A stretch of 64,000 nucleotides of DNA from Pristiophorus japonicus (Eukaryota): the NCBI RefSeq assembly GCF_044704955.1, contig NC_091999.1, positions 24,552,001 through 24,616,000 of the forward strand, given 5' to 3'. The notes beneath the pieces are model-generated. The model made no database searches. It had not been told where the DNA came from and saw only the letters and a list, made by a program, of their open reading frames with translations. The stretch's first letter is position 1, and every line of letters starts with the position of its first letter. Shown piece by piece: positions 49,111 through 63,154 of the stretch. The position numbers and the translations under genes were made by a program.

Positions 49111-51224
49111 TAAACAATGTCCCAGTATCAGTACTTACTGCACGAGCCACTACTTCAGTTATTACTGCACTAGAAACACTAATATTGTATTAGGCCCTGT
49201 TTCAGATATTACTGGAGTATGCCATGCCTTTGTTCCTATTACTGAAGACCCTGTCTCTGCTTATAGTAAATTAGACAAAGACACTCTTTATATTACACGA
49301 GCCCAATTCTTTCATAATAATAAACTAGACCATGCCTCTGTTTATATTAAACTAGACCCTGTCTCAGTTATTACTACACTAAGCTATGTAACTTGCAGGG
49401 CAGGTACAGCATGTGTCAGATACAGAGTAAAGCTGTCTCTACACTGTCCCATCAAAAACGCCCAGAGCTGGGAAAGCACGGGTTAGATACTGTTTAAAGA
49501 TCCCTCCACATTGTCCCATCAAAAACTGCCAGATAATTAAATGCACATGTCACATTTTGGATTAAAGCTCCTTCTGCGTTTCTGATCAATTTGGTTCGAG
49601 GCATATGATTGGGGCTCAAGGAAAACGTTTGTTGGATGTTGACATCTCGTTGTGGGGGAAAGCCAATTATCCATTCTTGAGAGACAAGACGGAAAGTGGA
49701 AATAGGAGAGGGAGAGGATACAGGAAGTCTCCACTGACACATTTGTGATGTCACTATATACGGTGATTAGATTCTTTCCCCTTTCTGTCTGTGGGGATCA
49801 TCTTTACTTTATTCACCTATAATTTAGAGAAATGTACCAAAAACAGTTGTTGTTGGAATCTGTTGAGAGATTTGCATTTCTCCCTATCTTTATTTCTCTG
49901 CTGTGTTGATGGGGAAACATTTATTGTCTTTCTGTCGCTCAATACTCTAATCTGAGACTGCTATTTCTGTGTTTATTTACATAAACGCCTCACTGGTTCC
50001 GATGAAATATTCATGGCAGCAAAATAAGATCAACAGACTCACTTATTGATTCTTTTCAACTCACAACAAGGGCTTATTTTAAGAATATTGACAGTTGGTA
50101 CACAAAAATATACATATCTCGAACAGTGACGTTGGCTTTAGTTTTGTTCAATTAGAACAGATGTGATTTATATCAAAGGAAATAAATTTAAAAATGAATA
50201 ATTCAGTTCTGAAAGTTCTGCTGCCAAACTCAGTGGAACATCTCTGAACAGGCTGCTATTCCACTGGATCTCCATTTAGTGGAATACTTAATCCATTGAA
50301 ACTTAATAGGTTAAAGCAGTGAGCAGAGGAGTGTCGGCCAATCACAGTAATATCTGAGCTTTTCACATATCACAACATGTATTTTCCAATGTTGACATTT
50401 AGAAACACCTTGCATTTATATAGCACCTTTAATGACCTCAAGTTGTCCCAAAGTGCTTTACAGCCAATGAATTATTTCGGAAGTGTGGTCACCGTTGTAA
50501 TGTAGGAAAAGTGGCACCAATTTGTGCACAGCAAGATCCCATAAACAGCAATGGAATAATGATCAGGTAATCAATTTTTCAGATGTTGGTTGAGGGATAA
50601 ATGTTTCTGCTGGAAACCCTGGAGAACTCCTCTGCTCTTTAACATTGTGCCATGAGTCCTTTAAATCCACCTGAGTGGGAAGACGGGGCCTCAGTTTAAT
50701 ATCTGCCACGAAAGACAGCACCTCTGATCATGCAGCACTCCCAAAGTACTGACATCAGGCGTGTCGGTTTAGATTATGGGCTCAGATGTCTCGAGCGGGG
50801 TTTAGTATCTGTGTCCTTCTGAGTCAGAGGCGAGAGAGATCCCGCTGAGCCGAGGCTTGAACATATCACCGCTTGTATTTTAAAATGCTGCCATTCAGCT
50901 CATCATGTCTGAGGTTCAAGGTCTGAGCCCAGTCTTACACCGCTCCATTTATCATCAGGCGCGAGTTCTCTTATCTTGCCTGAGATGTCATTACCACACT
51001 GTGATTTCCACTGGGTCCGTAAACAAGTGTCAGTGATTCCTCAGCGAACATTTGAAGTGCTCGAGGCAGAAGGACCCACGGAACTTGATATTTACATTGT
51101 GTGAGCTGCACCATCAGAGCAGCTGGAAGCTGGAACTGTTCTCCTTAGAGCCGAGCAAGTTCTGGGCCACTTAATAGAGCTGTTCAAAATCATGAAAAGT
51201 TTTGATCGGGTAAATTGGAAGATA

Positions 51225-51550
51225 CACCATCATTCCCTCCGACCATCCCTCCCATCCTCCACCCGTCTCTCCTTCCCTCCATCCCTTCATCCCTCCCTCT
51301 CTCTATTCCGCCCACCCGCCATACCTGCCTCCATCAATCGCTCCCTCCCTGGACCCACCTCTCCCTCCCTCCAGCCGGACTCCACCCGTCTAATACACTA
51401 CACCTCCCTTGCTCCACTCCTCCCTTCCTCCATCGCCCCCTCGATCAATTGCTCACTCCGTGCACCCATTCCTACCTCCGTCCATCCCGCCACCCCTCCA
51501 CCTCTCCATCCATCCCTTGTTCCATTCCTAACTCCCTCCCTCCCTCTGTC
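51225..51550. repeat. C/T-rich low-complexity (CCCT/CCAT) tract
   Basis: Visible directly in the sequence. Confidence 0.9.
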
Positions 51551-53754
51551 AGCCCAAACGTGTCTTTTTTCCCCTTTGCAGTGTTTCTGCTTCCATTGAT
51601 GAGGATTCCTCAGCTGGAATTTTCTGCAGCCAATTCCTTCACTGGGCTTTCATATATATTAACAAATGAGAGAGAGAGCAATGGCAATTATATATATATT
51701 TAACCCTCCTACCACCACCTAAAAAAGCTGACAGGAATTAAAATGTTGACCTTTCCGGAGAGGGAGTTGGTTGGTGAACTGTCACAGGGTAGAAATTCTA
51801 GTTGGCACAGTCAGGATATTTTTCCTGTTTATAAAAAAAAGTAAGCGTAACAATTTTAAAAATTGTTTTAAGTCATCGGTCGACTTTCAGCTGCTGTTTT
51901 TTCCTTCCCTTTCTCGCTGTTGTGGACAGGCCAGTGCCCGCCTGGAGTTCGCTGTCAATGTGTGTACGGGACAGTAGGACGTAAGCTCTCGCTGCGCGGA
52001 CAGAGTTGGAGAAGCTGGGGCTGTTCTCCTTACAGCAGAGAAGGCTGAGGGGAGATTTACCAGAATAGTACCAAGGATGAATGATGAGAAACACTAGTTC
52101 TGCCCCAGCTGGAGTATTTTGTCCAATTCTGGGCACCACATTGTAGGAAGGACGTGAAGTCTTTCCAGAGGGTGCAGAATAAATTTACTGGAAACGCATC
52201 AGGTATGGGGGTTACAATTATGTGGAGAGACTTGCGAAGCTGGGGTTGCTCCCCTTAGAGCAGAGAAGGTTAAAATAAGATTTAGTAGATTGGTACCTAG
52301 ATGAGGGATTTCAGTTAATGTGGAGAGCCCGGAGAAGATGGGTTTGTCCTTCGAGTAGAAAAGGTTAAGAGGAGATTTAGTAGATTAGTGTCTGGCATGT
52401 GATACTTCAGTTAACGTGGAGTTGAGGTCAGAGACCAGCCATGCTCTTATTAAAATGTGGAGCAGGCTTGAGGGGCCGAATGGCCTACTCTTGCTCCGAA
52501 TTGTTATTTTCTTTTGTTCTTAAAAAGGGACAGTGTGTATAACTCAGACAGGGCCGAGTGTAATATGAATCAGGTCCTGAGTTATGTAAACAGAGAAAAG
52601 ATCTGTTTCAGTAATAAGTTATATAGGGACGTATTTAACATAAACAAAAATATGCTAAGATATAATTTAAATAAAATTTGTTCTGGTGCAGGAATAACTG
52701 AGAATGGGTCATGTGTAATATAAACATGGATATGGTCGAGTATAATATAAACTGAGGCGAGCTTGAGTACACTAATAAATTTGAAAGCGGCATCCTGCTT
52801 CAGTTATACTGATCTAGACAATGTCTCTGTTTAAAGTACAGTAGGACATGTCTTGGTTTTTGCTGCAATCGACCTTGTCTCTCTTTATATTACACTCGAC
52901 ACTGTCTCTGTTTAAATTACACTAGACCCTGTCTCTGTTTATATTGCACTAGACAATGTCTCTGTTTACATTACACTAGACAATGTCTCAGTTTATATTG
53001 CACTATACAATGTCTCTGTTTATTTTACATTAGACAATGTCGCTGTTTACATTACACTAGCCAATGTCTCCGTTAATATTACACTTGACAATGTCCCTGT
53101 CTATTTTGAATGAAGAGAGTACTCGAGTAATTTTGACTGTGGAATGAATGAAAGCCTGTTTTAAGAAGGTGTGGAGCTGCCTGCCTGTTTTAGCTCCATC
53201 CACTCTTTCCAAACAGAGTGAAATGTTTTTTTTTAACCCTTCGTAGTGCTGTCCTGTTTGTGGGAAATTTAAGAAACTGTGAACCTTATGGTATTACATT
53301 TTAAGTTGGAAACGAAGGTGTGGATATAAGTTACGGAGCTAGGAAATGCACAAAGGATAGGTTTGTTGAGTAAAAGATAAAAATACATGGTCCCGGTAGT
53401 AAAGAAAAAAAAAGAATTTGACACGCTCACTTACTTGTCGAAAGAAAACATGCAATTGGGTTGAAATACATAAATTTAGTCTAGGAATGAGATAAAGAAT
53501 GCCTTTCAAAACGCTCCCATTTTCCTTTGTGTATATCCTTGACATGAAAGCTTCTAGCTCAGCAAAAAAAAAGAGTTTTAAATGTCGAAATACTTCAGGG
53601 ATCAGGTCAAACTCCTGGGCGAGTGGGGAGCTATCTGTGAAGGTGTAAAAGGGACTTTTGAAAAAGGCTAAAACAGTAAGCTTTAGCAGTTTAGAAAAGA
53701 AAAAAGATAAAGCAGGAAAAGGTCTCTGCCACGGGAACAGGAGGAGGGCAGAAA

Positions 53755-55985
53755 AGGGGGACTTGCCACAATACCCTATAAGACCTGAAGCTAGAACAGC
53801 GGTTGTAGAAATAGTAAAAGGGCTAGTGGAAAAGGGTATCTGTAAAGAAAGAGTTAGCACCACTAACTCCCCAAAAAGGCCCTGGTAGGGAAATCCCAGG
53901 TCCTGTACCTAGGGTACTGCCTCTCAAGGGGTTGAAAGAAACGCCCACGGATAGGAAAAAGGCTGTCAAGGACATGCCTAGACCAGTAACGGTAAGGGGG
54001 GTGAGGAAGGTACTGGGCCTCTTTAATTACAGCTGGAACTTTATCCCTGATAAAAGGAGACCCTTATCCTATTACTCTACCACCGAAAGCCCGGTGGTGA
54101 CTGGGTTATCCAGATGTATAGCCGCGCTAGATTGCGCAGCTTGGGCGGTAAAAATTAAGCGAGCTTGTGGTGATGACTGGAAACATCATTCTCCACACTA
54201 AACACACATTGGTAGAAATGTTAAACACAGGAAAACTGAGAACCGTATCTAATATGAGACGGGCAAAGTGGGAAGCAGTCCTCTTAACACCCAACAAAGC
54301 GGTAACCATAATTAGTGATGAAGGAAACAACCCCACAGAAGGTATGATGGGTGAAGGGGAACCCCACTTTTGCGAAGAGGTATGTGAGGATATGGAAGAG
54401 GATAGAATAAAAGACGCTTCCCTTCAAACCGCAGAACAAACCTTGTTTGTGGACGGCTCACGAAAATACGTAGAGGGACTACCTCGTACCGGATGGGCCG
54501 TAGTTAACCAGGATCGAGAGACAGTTGAATCAGGGCGAAGTAATGGGGGGTCGTCAGTTCAAGTGGCAGAACTGGTAGCCCTCACCTGGGCACTGGAATT
54601 ATCGGAAAATATGATTGTTAATATTTATACGGACAGTAGATATGCATTCGGGGTAGTACACGATTATATGACAGCATGGGGGAGAAGGGATGTTTGCGAT
54701 GGATAAAGACATAACTTACGAAATACCAGTTGATATCAGCTGTGAAAAAGTTATTGGTTTCATTGAAAAAAAAATAATTTGAAGAGGTAAAAAACACTCT
54801 CCATTGATAATGATTTTAAATGATTAAAATTAAGTCAGTGCCGCTGGGGCCCAAGACGAAGAGATAAGTATTGAGAAACTACACCAGGACACTTCTGAGG
54901 AGGAAATAGGTATGTGGACAAAGCAGGGCGCAACGCAAGGGAAGGATAACGTTTGGAGACGAAACGACAAGGTAATGGCGCCTGAATGCATACTGAATAC
55001 CTTATTGGAGTTGCATCATGGCCTGTCTTATTCAGGATGAGAGGCCATGACCGGGAGTCTTGGAAGAGATTGGTGGTGGAAAGGGATGGGGAGAGATATC
55101 ACCAAACATTACCATCGATGCGTTACGTGCGCACAATATAATCCAGGCAGGCCCATTAAAATTAAAATGGGACACAAGCCCCGTCCACGTGGGCCATGGG
55201 AACACGTACAAATTGATTTCACAGGTCCTTTGCCCCCATCCCATGGAAAAAGATATTGCCTAGTGATTATAGATCAATTTACCCGGTGGGTAGAAGCTTT
55301 CCCACACGTGATTGCACTGCCTCAACAGTGGTAAGGATATTGACCGCGCAGGTGATTCCCCGATGGGCAGTGCCTCTTCAAATAGATTCCGACCAAGGCA
55401 CCCACTTCACCGGAAAAATTGTAAAAACAATATGCCAGCTGATCGGCATAAAACAAAAATTCCACATCCCCTACCACCCGCAGAGTTCTGGGATGGTAGA
55501 GCGCATGAACCATACCCTTAAGAACGCCCTGGCAAAGGCCATGCAAACGTCAGGAAAAACGTGGACAGAAGTATTACTCATTATATTGATGAAGTTAAGA
55601 GCCACGACAAACCGGACAACCGGATTAACCCCTTGTGAACTAATGACAGGAAGGGCGATGCAATTACCCGAGAACATCATAACAGGGTGGGCCGATGTAG
55701 GCCCATTAAAAGACAAAATAAAACGGTATGTTTTGGAACTAAGTACTCAATTAAAAGGGATGCATAAATTAGTTCGGGACAATCAGGAAGAAAGAGACTC
55801 GGAAGCAGAGCCTACAAAACTCCCTGAAGTCCCGTAGGCAGGAAGTCGCATTATGGTAAGGGTCCTCCCGGGAAAAACCGGGGTTTGCCTCAAAAATGGA
55901 TATGACCATATGAGGTTATACTCAGCGGGGACACTTGTGCCTGCATCGATGTTAAAGGGAACGGACAATGGAAGCATCGGACCCA
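53755..55985 (+). pseudogene. pol: Class I ERV pol remnant, RT core deleted
   Basis: ORFs 53658-53888, 53932-54201, 54167-54706, 55047-55334 and 55256-55837. Confidence 0.88.
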
Positions 55986-56126
55986 GCTTAAGGTTTTTGA
56001 ACCAGCCGTTTAGCACACATATTAGTTGTTGTTATTTGTCTATTTAAAGATTGACAGCGAGAGATTCTTCAAGCAAGCCATATGGCCATTTTGCCTTTGA
56101 CTATTTGTTAATTATAGAGTAATAAG

Positions 56127-57373
56127 ATGAAACTATATATTGCGATCAGTGCGATTATCATAGTTCGTGTTCGGTCCGGCCTAATAGCTAGACCGAAACG
56201 AGAGTTACTTGTGAATACCTTTTTGTACATGTCTTATGTTTATGCACAAAATGAGAACTTTTCTAGTTGCTGGGTATGTTCGCACATCCCCATACATAGC
56301 AAAGGAGGCATCCCTTTGAGGTCAATCTCCCTTAACAGTTCAGAAGTAGCAGAGTGAGTAATGCGACAAAACGGTACAGGGGAAGTAAATGATACTTGGA
56401 ACCACAGTGGGAATAAAGAAACGTGGAGATCGGGGGATTACCTTTTGGATGCATTGACAGATGGTACCAGCCGGAATACAATAGGTCGGTACGACCCCCG
56501 TTCCTGGTTTTGACCAACACCTCAGAAGTTGGAAGGCCCACCGCTGACATTTGTTTCACTAGAGACCTGACCGGTGAGGAAACAGGTTTTGTAGCAGGAT
56601 ATAGTTTAACCTCACCAGATGGAACATAATAGCCAGCGAAACAACAAACCAAGGCTTCTTCGAAATAGAGGGTTTGAAGAATCAGACAAGTAGCCAGGAC
56701 TGGGACGCTAAGATTAGGTGGCGACGGGGGCTGAGAGAGAGATTGGGATCGAATCTAACAGCATATAATGGCACTTATTTTGTGTGCGGGCATAAGGTCT
56801 ACCCCTGGTTGCCTCAGAACTGGAGGGGGTCTTGTTATTTGGGATATGTGGTCACCTTTGTCAGACGGGTACGTACTTTAGCAGAAGTACAGACACCAGG
56901 TCGACTAAGACGAGATCTTACCGCGGTAGAGAGGCTATTTGGGGTCATGATGCTTCCATTCGAGATAGGACGCACCATGGATGAATTACATAACCTAGAG
57001 AGGGTACTGGAACAGATAGTTAACGGCACTGCTGAAGCAATGTAGGGCATAACGGCTGAATTGGTAGCCATATGCACAATGTGCCTTAATTGGAGCTGAA
57101 TGTTGCACTTACATTCCTGATAATTCAGAAAACATAACCAACCACGCTGATCACATAAGAAGGGAGGAAAAGAAGTTATACATAACAGCAGGAGGATCTG
57201 GCTGGTTTGACTGTCTGTTAGGGGGATCCTGGGGGTCCTATCTTATGCATGGAGTAATTATTCTGGTTGTAATAATAATTACTTGCTGTCTGATTATCGG
57301 GTGTTTTAATATCTGCTGTAATGTTACGATGGCTCGACTGAAGCCAGTAGCCAGTGTAATCGCTGAAGAATAA
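56127..57373 (+). pseudogene. env: Gamma-type env pseudogene
   Basis: Signal peptide MKLYIAISAIIIV.., CWVC, GTYFVCG..YPWLPQNWRGSCYLG, furin RLRR 56902-56913, CALIGAECC (CX6CC) 57080-57106, hydrophobic TM anchor. Contains stops and frameshifts. Confidence 0.9.
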
Positions 57374-57586
57374 GCACATCTGATGGAAATACCTGAAGAC
57401 ACCAAGAATGAAGAAACAGACGACGTTGACACCGACCACTATCTTTGAAGGGTAGCCTAGAGCTACAGGTAAGGTGGACATACGGAACATCTGGGAAGTA
57501 ACATACCCCAAAGGACGAATATATGCTACTATCATTGTGGTCATCTGGATTTCGTAAACATCATCCAGGACCAAAAGGGGGAATAT

Positions 57587-58085
57587 TGTTGGAGCGGATT
57601 TTTGGACATATACTGGATTAATATACGGGTTCAAACATTTGTTTTATTTTCCCCTTTAAATTAATTTTGTAAGGGACAATACTGATGCATTATGCTCGAT
57701 ATAAAAAAAAAACAGTTAGACTTTAAGGTATGCTGGCCTTGAGTTAATGCAGATAGGAAAGTGAGATAATGAACACTGGAGAGTTAAGTGCTGGATATGT
57801 TTGTTTATACCGGTGTCAAAAGCCTGCACTTGTTTATACTGCCCTGTCACAATGCAGGATGGGTTATATCAAAAGCTTAGCCTTCGATAGTCAAAGCTTT
57901 GTAGTGCTAAAGCATGCGTTGTAAAGTGACGTAATTTGTAAGATAAAAGAACTTCACTACAGATATCAATTTGAGAAGATGGTTCAAAGACAGGGGTCTT
58001 TTACACTTCTCCCAAAGTTTTGACTCCAATTTAATAAACCTCTCTTTATATATATTATGCAGTCTCAGAAAAAATTTCCACAACA
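57587..58085 (+). repeat. 3' LTR of class I ERV
   Basis: Preceded by PPT AAAAGGGGGAA (57573-57583). Termini TGTTG...CAACA. AATAAA at 58033-58038. Confidence 0.85.
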
Positions 58086-60182
58086 TATTACAAGAGACAA
58101 TGTCTCATTTTATATTACACTAGACTCTTCCCCTGTTTATATTGCACTAGACAGTGTCACTGTTTATATTACACGAGACAATGTCTCCGTTAATATTACA
58201 CTTGACAATGTCCCTGTTTATAGTACACTAGCCAATGTCTCAGTTTATATTACACTAGACTCTTTCCCTGTTTATATTACACAAGACAGTGTCACTGTAT
58301 ATATTACACGAGACAATGTCTCTGCTTATATTACACAATAGCCTTTTTCTTTTTTATTACATCAGACAATGTCTCAATTTATATTATACTGGACTCTGTC
58401 TCAGTTATTACTGCACTTGACCATGTCGGTGGCATATTACATTAGGTTCTCTCTCCGTTAGTACTGTACTAGAGTCTGTTTATGTTAGTATTGCACAATG
58501 CCCTGCCTCATTTATTATTGCACTAGATCCGGTGACTAGTTATATTACACTAGGCCCTGCATCTGTTCATATTACACTGGGCCATGCCTCAGTTATTACT
58601 GCACTAAGCCATGTCTCTGTTTATATTACACAATGCTCCCTCTGTTATACTGCATGAGAACACGTCTCTCTTTATATTACACTAGGCCTTGTCTCAGTTA
58701 TCACTGCACTAGACCATGCCTGTGATTAGATTTCACTCAGCCTTGTCTCAATTATTACTGCACTGGACCGTGCCCCTTTTCATATAGTCTTATATTAAAT
58801 ACTGTCTCATTTATTGCTGCCCTCTGGTATGTATCTCTCATATTACACGAAACCTTGCCTCAGTTATAAAGCACTAAGCAATGTCTATGTTTATAATACA
58901 CTGGGCACACTCCGTTATTATAATCTATACCATGTCTCTATTTATATTACACTAGGCACTGTTGCAGTTATTACTACACTAGACGACGTCTCCTCTTTAT
59001 ATTGCTCTAGGTCTTGTCTCTGTTATTAATGGATTCGACCAGTCTTCTGTTTAAATTACACGATACGCTTTCGCAATTAGTACTGAACTATATCATGCCT
59101 CTATTCAATTAGATGACGGATGATCGGCATCTTAACTCCATCGACCAGCTTTGGTTCCGTCGCCCGTAATCTCCTAACCGAACCAAAATCTACCAATCAA
59201 TCTCTGGCAGCAATCAGAAAATAATGCCTCTGCCTGTCATAGCCTTCCTTTTATGAAGGGATTTGATACGGTTAAAAGTGAGATAATGTTTACACTGAGA
59301 GTGTCGGTAACCAGAGGATACATATTTAAGATCATTTGCAAAAAAAAAACAAAAGGGAGATGTGGAGATGTTTTAATGTAACAAGTGGTTCTGATCTGGA
59401 ATGCAAAAGGTATACACTATCTTTAGTTTTCATAAATAGAGATATAGGGTTCAAATGCGAGGAACTTATTGGTAAGCATCTGTAAAACATTGGTTATACT
59501 CCAGTATTGTTTTTAATTCTGAGCGCCACATTTAGGAAAGATTGAACGGCTTTGGAAAGTGTGCTTGGGGAATTTACTAGAATAGTACCTTGGATAAAAG
59601 ACTTCAATTAAGTGAAGACACTCGGGGCATTGAGATTGTTGTCATTAGAGCAGAGAAGGTTAAAAGGAGCTTTTACAAACATGCTCAAGACCGTGAATGG
59701 TTCTGACACTTTAAATAAGAAGATAATTTTCCAGTGGCTGATGAGTCTGTCACCATATGACACACATTTAAGGAACTTGGCAAAAGAGCCCGAGGCGAAA
59801 TGAGGAAAAAGAAATACACAACTAGCTGTTATGATCTGGAATACACTATCTGACAGGGTGCTGGAAGCAATTCCAGTAATAAATTTCAAAAGTGAATTGG
59901 GTAAATAATTGAATTGGAAATAATGCAGGGTTATTGGGAAAAAGCAGGGATAGTGGGACCAATTGGTTAGCTTCTCAACTCAGTGCAGGCACAGGCAACA
60001 GAGGGCTTAATGTGCACGTTATGTGCTGTATCATTCTTCCATTCTGTGATTTTATATCGACATCATGTCTCGGTTCATATTACACTAAGACACGTCTCGG
60101 TTTATACAACACTAGTTCCTGCCGCAGCTATTATTGCACTGGTCACGGCATGTTTTTATATCACGCGAAGACCTTCGAACAC

Positions 60183-61105
60183 AAGAACATAAGAATATAT
60201 GAAATATGAGCAGGAGTAGGCCATTTGGCCCCTCGAGCCTGCTCTGCCATTTAATAAGTTCATGGCTGGTCTGATCATGGACTCAGCTCCAATGCCCTGC
60301 CCGCTCCCCCTAACCCTTTATTCCCTTATCGCTCAAAAATCTGCCCATCTCTGCCTTACATATATTCAATGACCCAGCCTCCACAGCTCTCTGTTGCAGA
60401 TACTTCCACAGAATTACAACCCTCTGAGAGAAGAAATTCCTCCTCATCTCAGTTTTAAATAGCAGCCCCTTATTCTGAGATTAAGCCTCCTAGTTTTAGT
60501 TTCCCCTGTGAATGAAAATGTCCTCTCTGCATTCACTTTCTCGAGCCCCCTCATTATCTTATATGTTTCGATAAGATCTTCTCACATTCTTCTGAACTCC
60601 AACATGTATAGGCCCAAACTACTCAACTTTTCTTCATACATCAACCTCCTCTTCTCCGGAATCAACCCAATGAACCTTCTCTGAAAAGTCGCCAATGCAA
60701 GTATAACCTTTCTTAAATCCGGAGAACAAAACTTTATGCAGTACTCCAGGTGTGGCCTCACCAATACCCTGTAGGGTTGTAGCAGGACTTCTCTGCTTTT
60801 GTACTCCATCCCCTTTGCAATAAATGGCAACATTCCATTTGCCTTCCTGATTACTTGCTGTACCTGCATAGTAACATCTTGTGTTTCATGCACAAGTACA
60901 ACCAGGTCCCTCTATACCGCAGCATTTTGCAATTTTTCTCCATTTAAATTATAACTTGCTTTAATTTTTTTTCTGCCAAAGTGGATAATCTGAGATTTTC
61001 ACGATTATAATTCATCTGTCAAAGTTTTGTCCACTCACTTAGCCTCTCTATATCTCCTTGCATAATTTTTTAGTGTCTTCCTCACAATTTGCTTTTGCAC
61101 CCAAC
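60183..61105 (-). mobile_element. CR1 3' fragment
   Basis: ORF 60582-60893 (RKANGML.FI.KGMEYKSREVLL..VLVRPHLEYC) and tail AAGAACATAAGAA on the plus strand. Confidence 0.9.
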
Positions 61106-62644
61106 ATTTATTTTTACACAACCACTTGAATGTCCCCATTAACTCCGTGTTGTAGTCAGTTTACTAATCTTCTCAGCAGTCCCTCTCGTGTTTATCGATG
61201 CCCTGGACCCAGTCACAGTTATAACTGCAATAGACCCAGTCTCTGTTCATATTACATTGGACTCTGTCTCTGTTTAATTTACATTCTTACTTGTCTCTAT
61301 TTATATTACACTAGACCTTGTCTCTGTTTATAATACACTAGCCCCTGTCTCTGTTTATGTTACACTAGACCCTGTCTCTATTTATATTACACTCGTCCCT
61401 GTCTCAGTGTATATTACACTATACTCGGTCCTTGTGTATATTATACTGGACCCTGTCTCAGTTTATATTACACTACACCATGTCTCTGTTTATATTACAC
61501 TAGGCACTGTCTCAGTTATTCATGCCATAGACCATGGCTGAAATATATTATAATAAATGCCTGTCTCTCTTCATATTACACTAGATCTTGTCTAAACTAT
61601 TAGTGCGCTGGATCCTGTATCTATTTCTTGTAGCATAGACCCTGCCTCAGTTATTTCTCCACTTGCACATGCGTCTATTACATAGGCAGACGATATAAAG
61701 AGATATCGACAGATATTAATATAAATAAAGATGTATATATGTGTGGCTGTGAGGATGCAATACTTTTTTGGTTGGAAATATAGGTTTAGATTTGTTAACA
61801 GCTATCAACACGTGTGTGTAATCTTGAATTAATCTGGTATTATGACGGTAATATTTGTGTTGAGAGGATGGGGTGAATCTTTTAACAATCTTCCAGTAAT
61901 GGACTGGGATTGAAGGACAGGACGGAAGGTGAGCAATAGTGCACTGCACTTTGAACTACTGGCAAAATCTGTGTGTTTGAGGTTACTAAATCACACTTGT
62001 GTTGTCCTGTGCCTATTTCTCCAAGTTCTTTAACGTTAAGGATTGTTTTTGGTCCAGTATTTTCTATTTAGCTGTGACGTGGCCCACTGATTATGTAAGA
62101 CAGAGCCTGGAACCGTGAGCTCAGAGCCCCGCCGGATGGGCAGCCGCAGGGTCCTAATATCCACCAGAATAAATGTTCTCACCTTGTAAAATGAACAACT
62201 GAAAAGAGGACACAGAAAGTGTTTGCTATATGTGTATGCGTGTTTGTGTGTATGTGCGTTTGTGTGTTTATGTATGTGTGTGTGTGTGTGTGTGAATGTA
62301 TGTGTGTGTGTACAAAACACTTGCTCACATTCATAATGTGTACATGTGCATTCCAGAAAGATAAATGATTAGCTTCAGCCAATATTTTTCAGCATTCTAC
62401 TTTATTGAAAATGCAATTACAGGTCGTTTAATAGCTTTAACATTTATTGATAACCCATTCTCTTGCGTGCTCTTGTTTAGAAAATGATGTCACTCTGACG
62501 ATTCTGTTACAGGTGACCATTTCTGTCCGCAGTTTCAGTGTGAAACGGGATTAAATCACACCGAGGATAATGAGCAGCCAGACGCCAGTCTCTGCGCTTT
62601 ATCGTCTAGTGATCACCTCAGCATCACCCAGAAAACACTGATAT

Positions 62645-63154
62645 ACACCTTGAGGGAGTGCAGCCAAAGTTCACCAGACTGATTCGCGGGATGGCAGGAC
62701 TGACATATGAAGAAAGATTGGATTGACTAGCCTTATATCCACTGGAATTTAGAAGAATGAGAGGGGATCTCATAGAAGCATATGAAATCTGACGGGATTG
62801 GACAGGTTTGATGTAGGAAGAATGTTCCCGATGTTGAGGAAGTCCAGAACCAGGATTCACAATCTAAGGATAAGGGGTAAGCCATTTAGAACAGAGATGA
62901 GGAGAAACTTCTTCACCCAGAGAAATGTGAACCTATGTAATTCTCTACCACAGAAAGTTGTTGAGTCCAGTTCGTTGGATATATACAAAAGGGAGTTAGA
63001 TTTGGCCCTTACTGCTAAAGGGATCATGGAGAGAAGACAGGAGTGGGGTATTTACGTTGTATGATCAGCCATGATTATATTGAATGGTGCTGCAGGCTCG
63101 GAGGGCCGAATGGCCTTTTCCTGCACATATTTTCTATGTTTCTATGTTTCTATG
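62645..63154 (+). mobile_element. Young CR1 3' fragment, same subfamily as 12235-15342
   Basis: GRMFPML.KSRTR.HNLRIRGKPFRTEMRRNFFTQR and (TTTCTATG)3 tail. Confidence 0.9.

Larger units (their letters stand above)
53104..58085 (+). mobile_element. Deleted class I (gamma/epsilon-like) ERV: no 5' LTR, pol and env remnants, PPT, 3' LTR; inserted in 27-bp satellite
   Basis: RT start QYPIRPEA...TNSP. RNase H LFVDGS/QVAELVAL/NIYTDSRYAFG. Integrase QIDFT/IDQFTRWVEAFP/SDQGTHF/YHPQSSGMVERMN. Env CWVC and CX6CC. Left boundary approximate. Confidence 0.9.

Noticed and set aside
53100-58090. TATT as TSD of the class I ERV
   Set aside because: TATT is part of the satellite unit and the 5' LTR is missing, so a TSD cannot be established.
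62105-62140. J-segment-like GSELTVP on the minus strand
   Set aside because: No in-frame F/W-G-x-G, no RSS, no GT donor, and not conserved in the duplicate.
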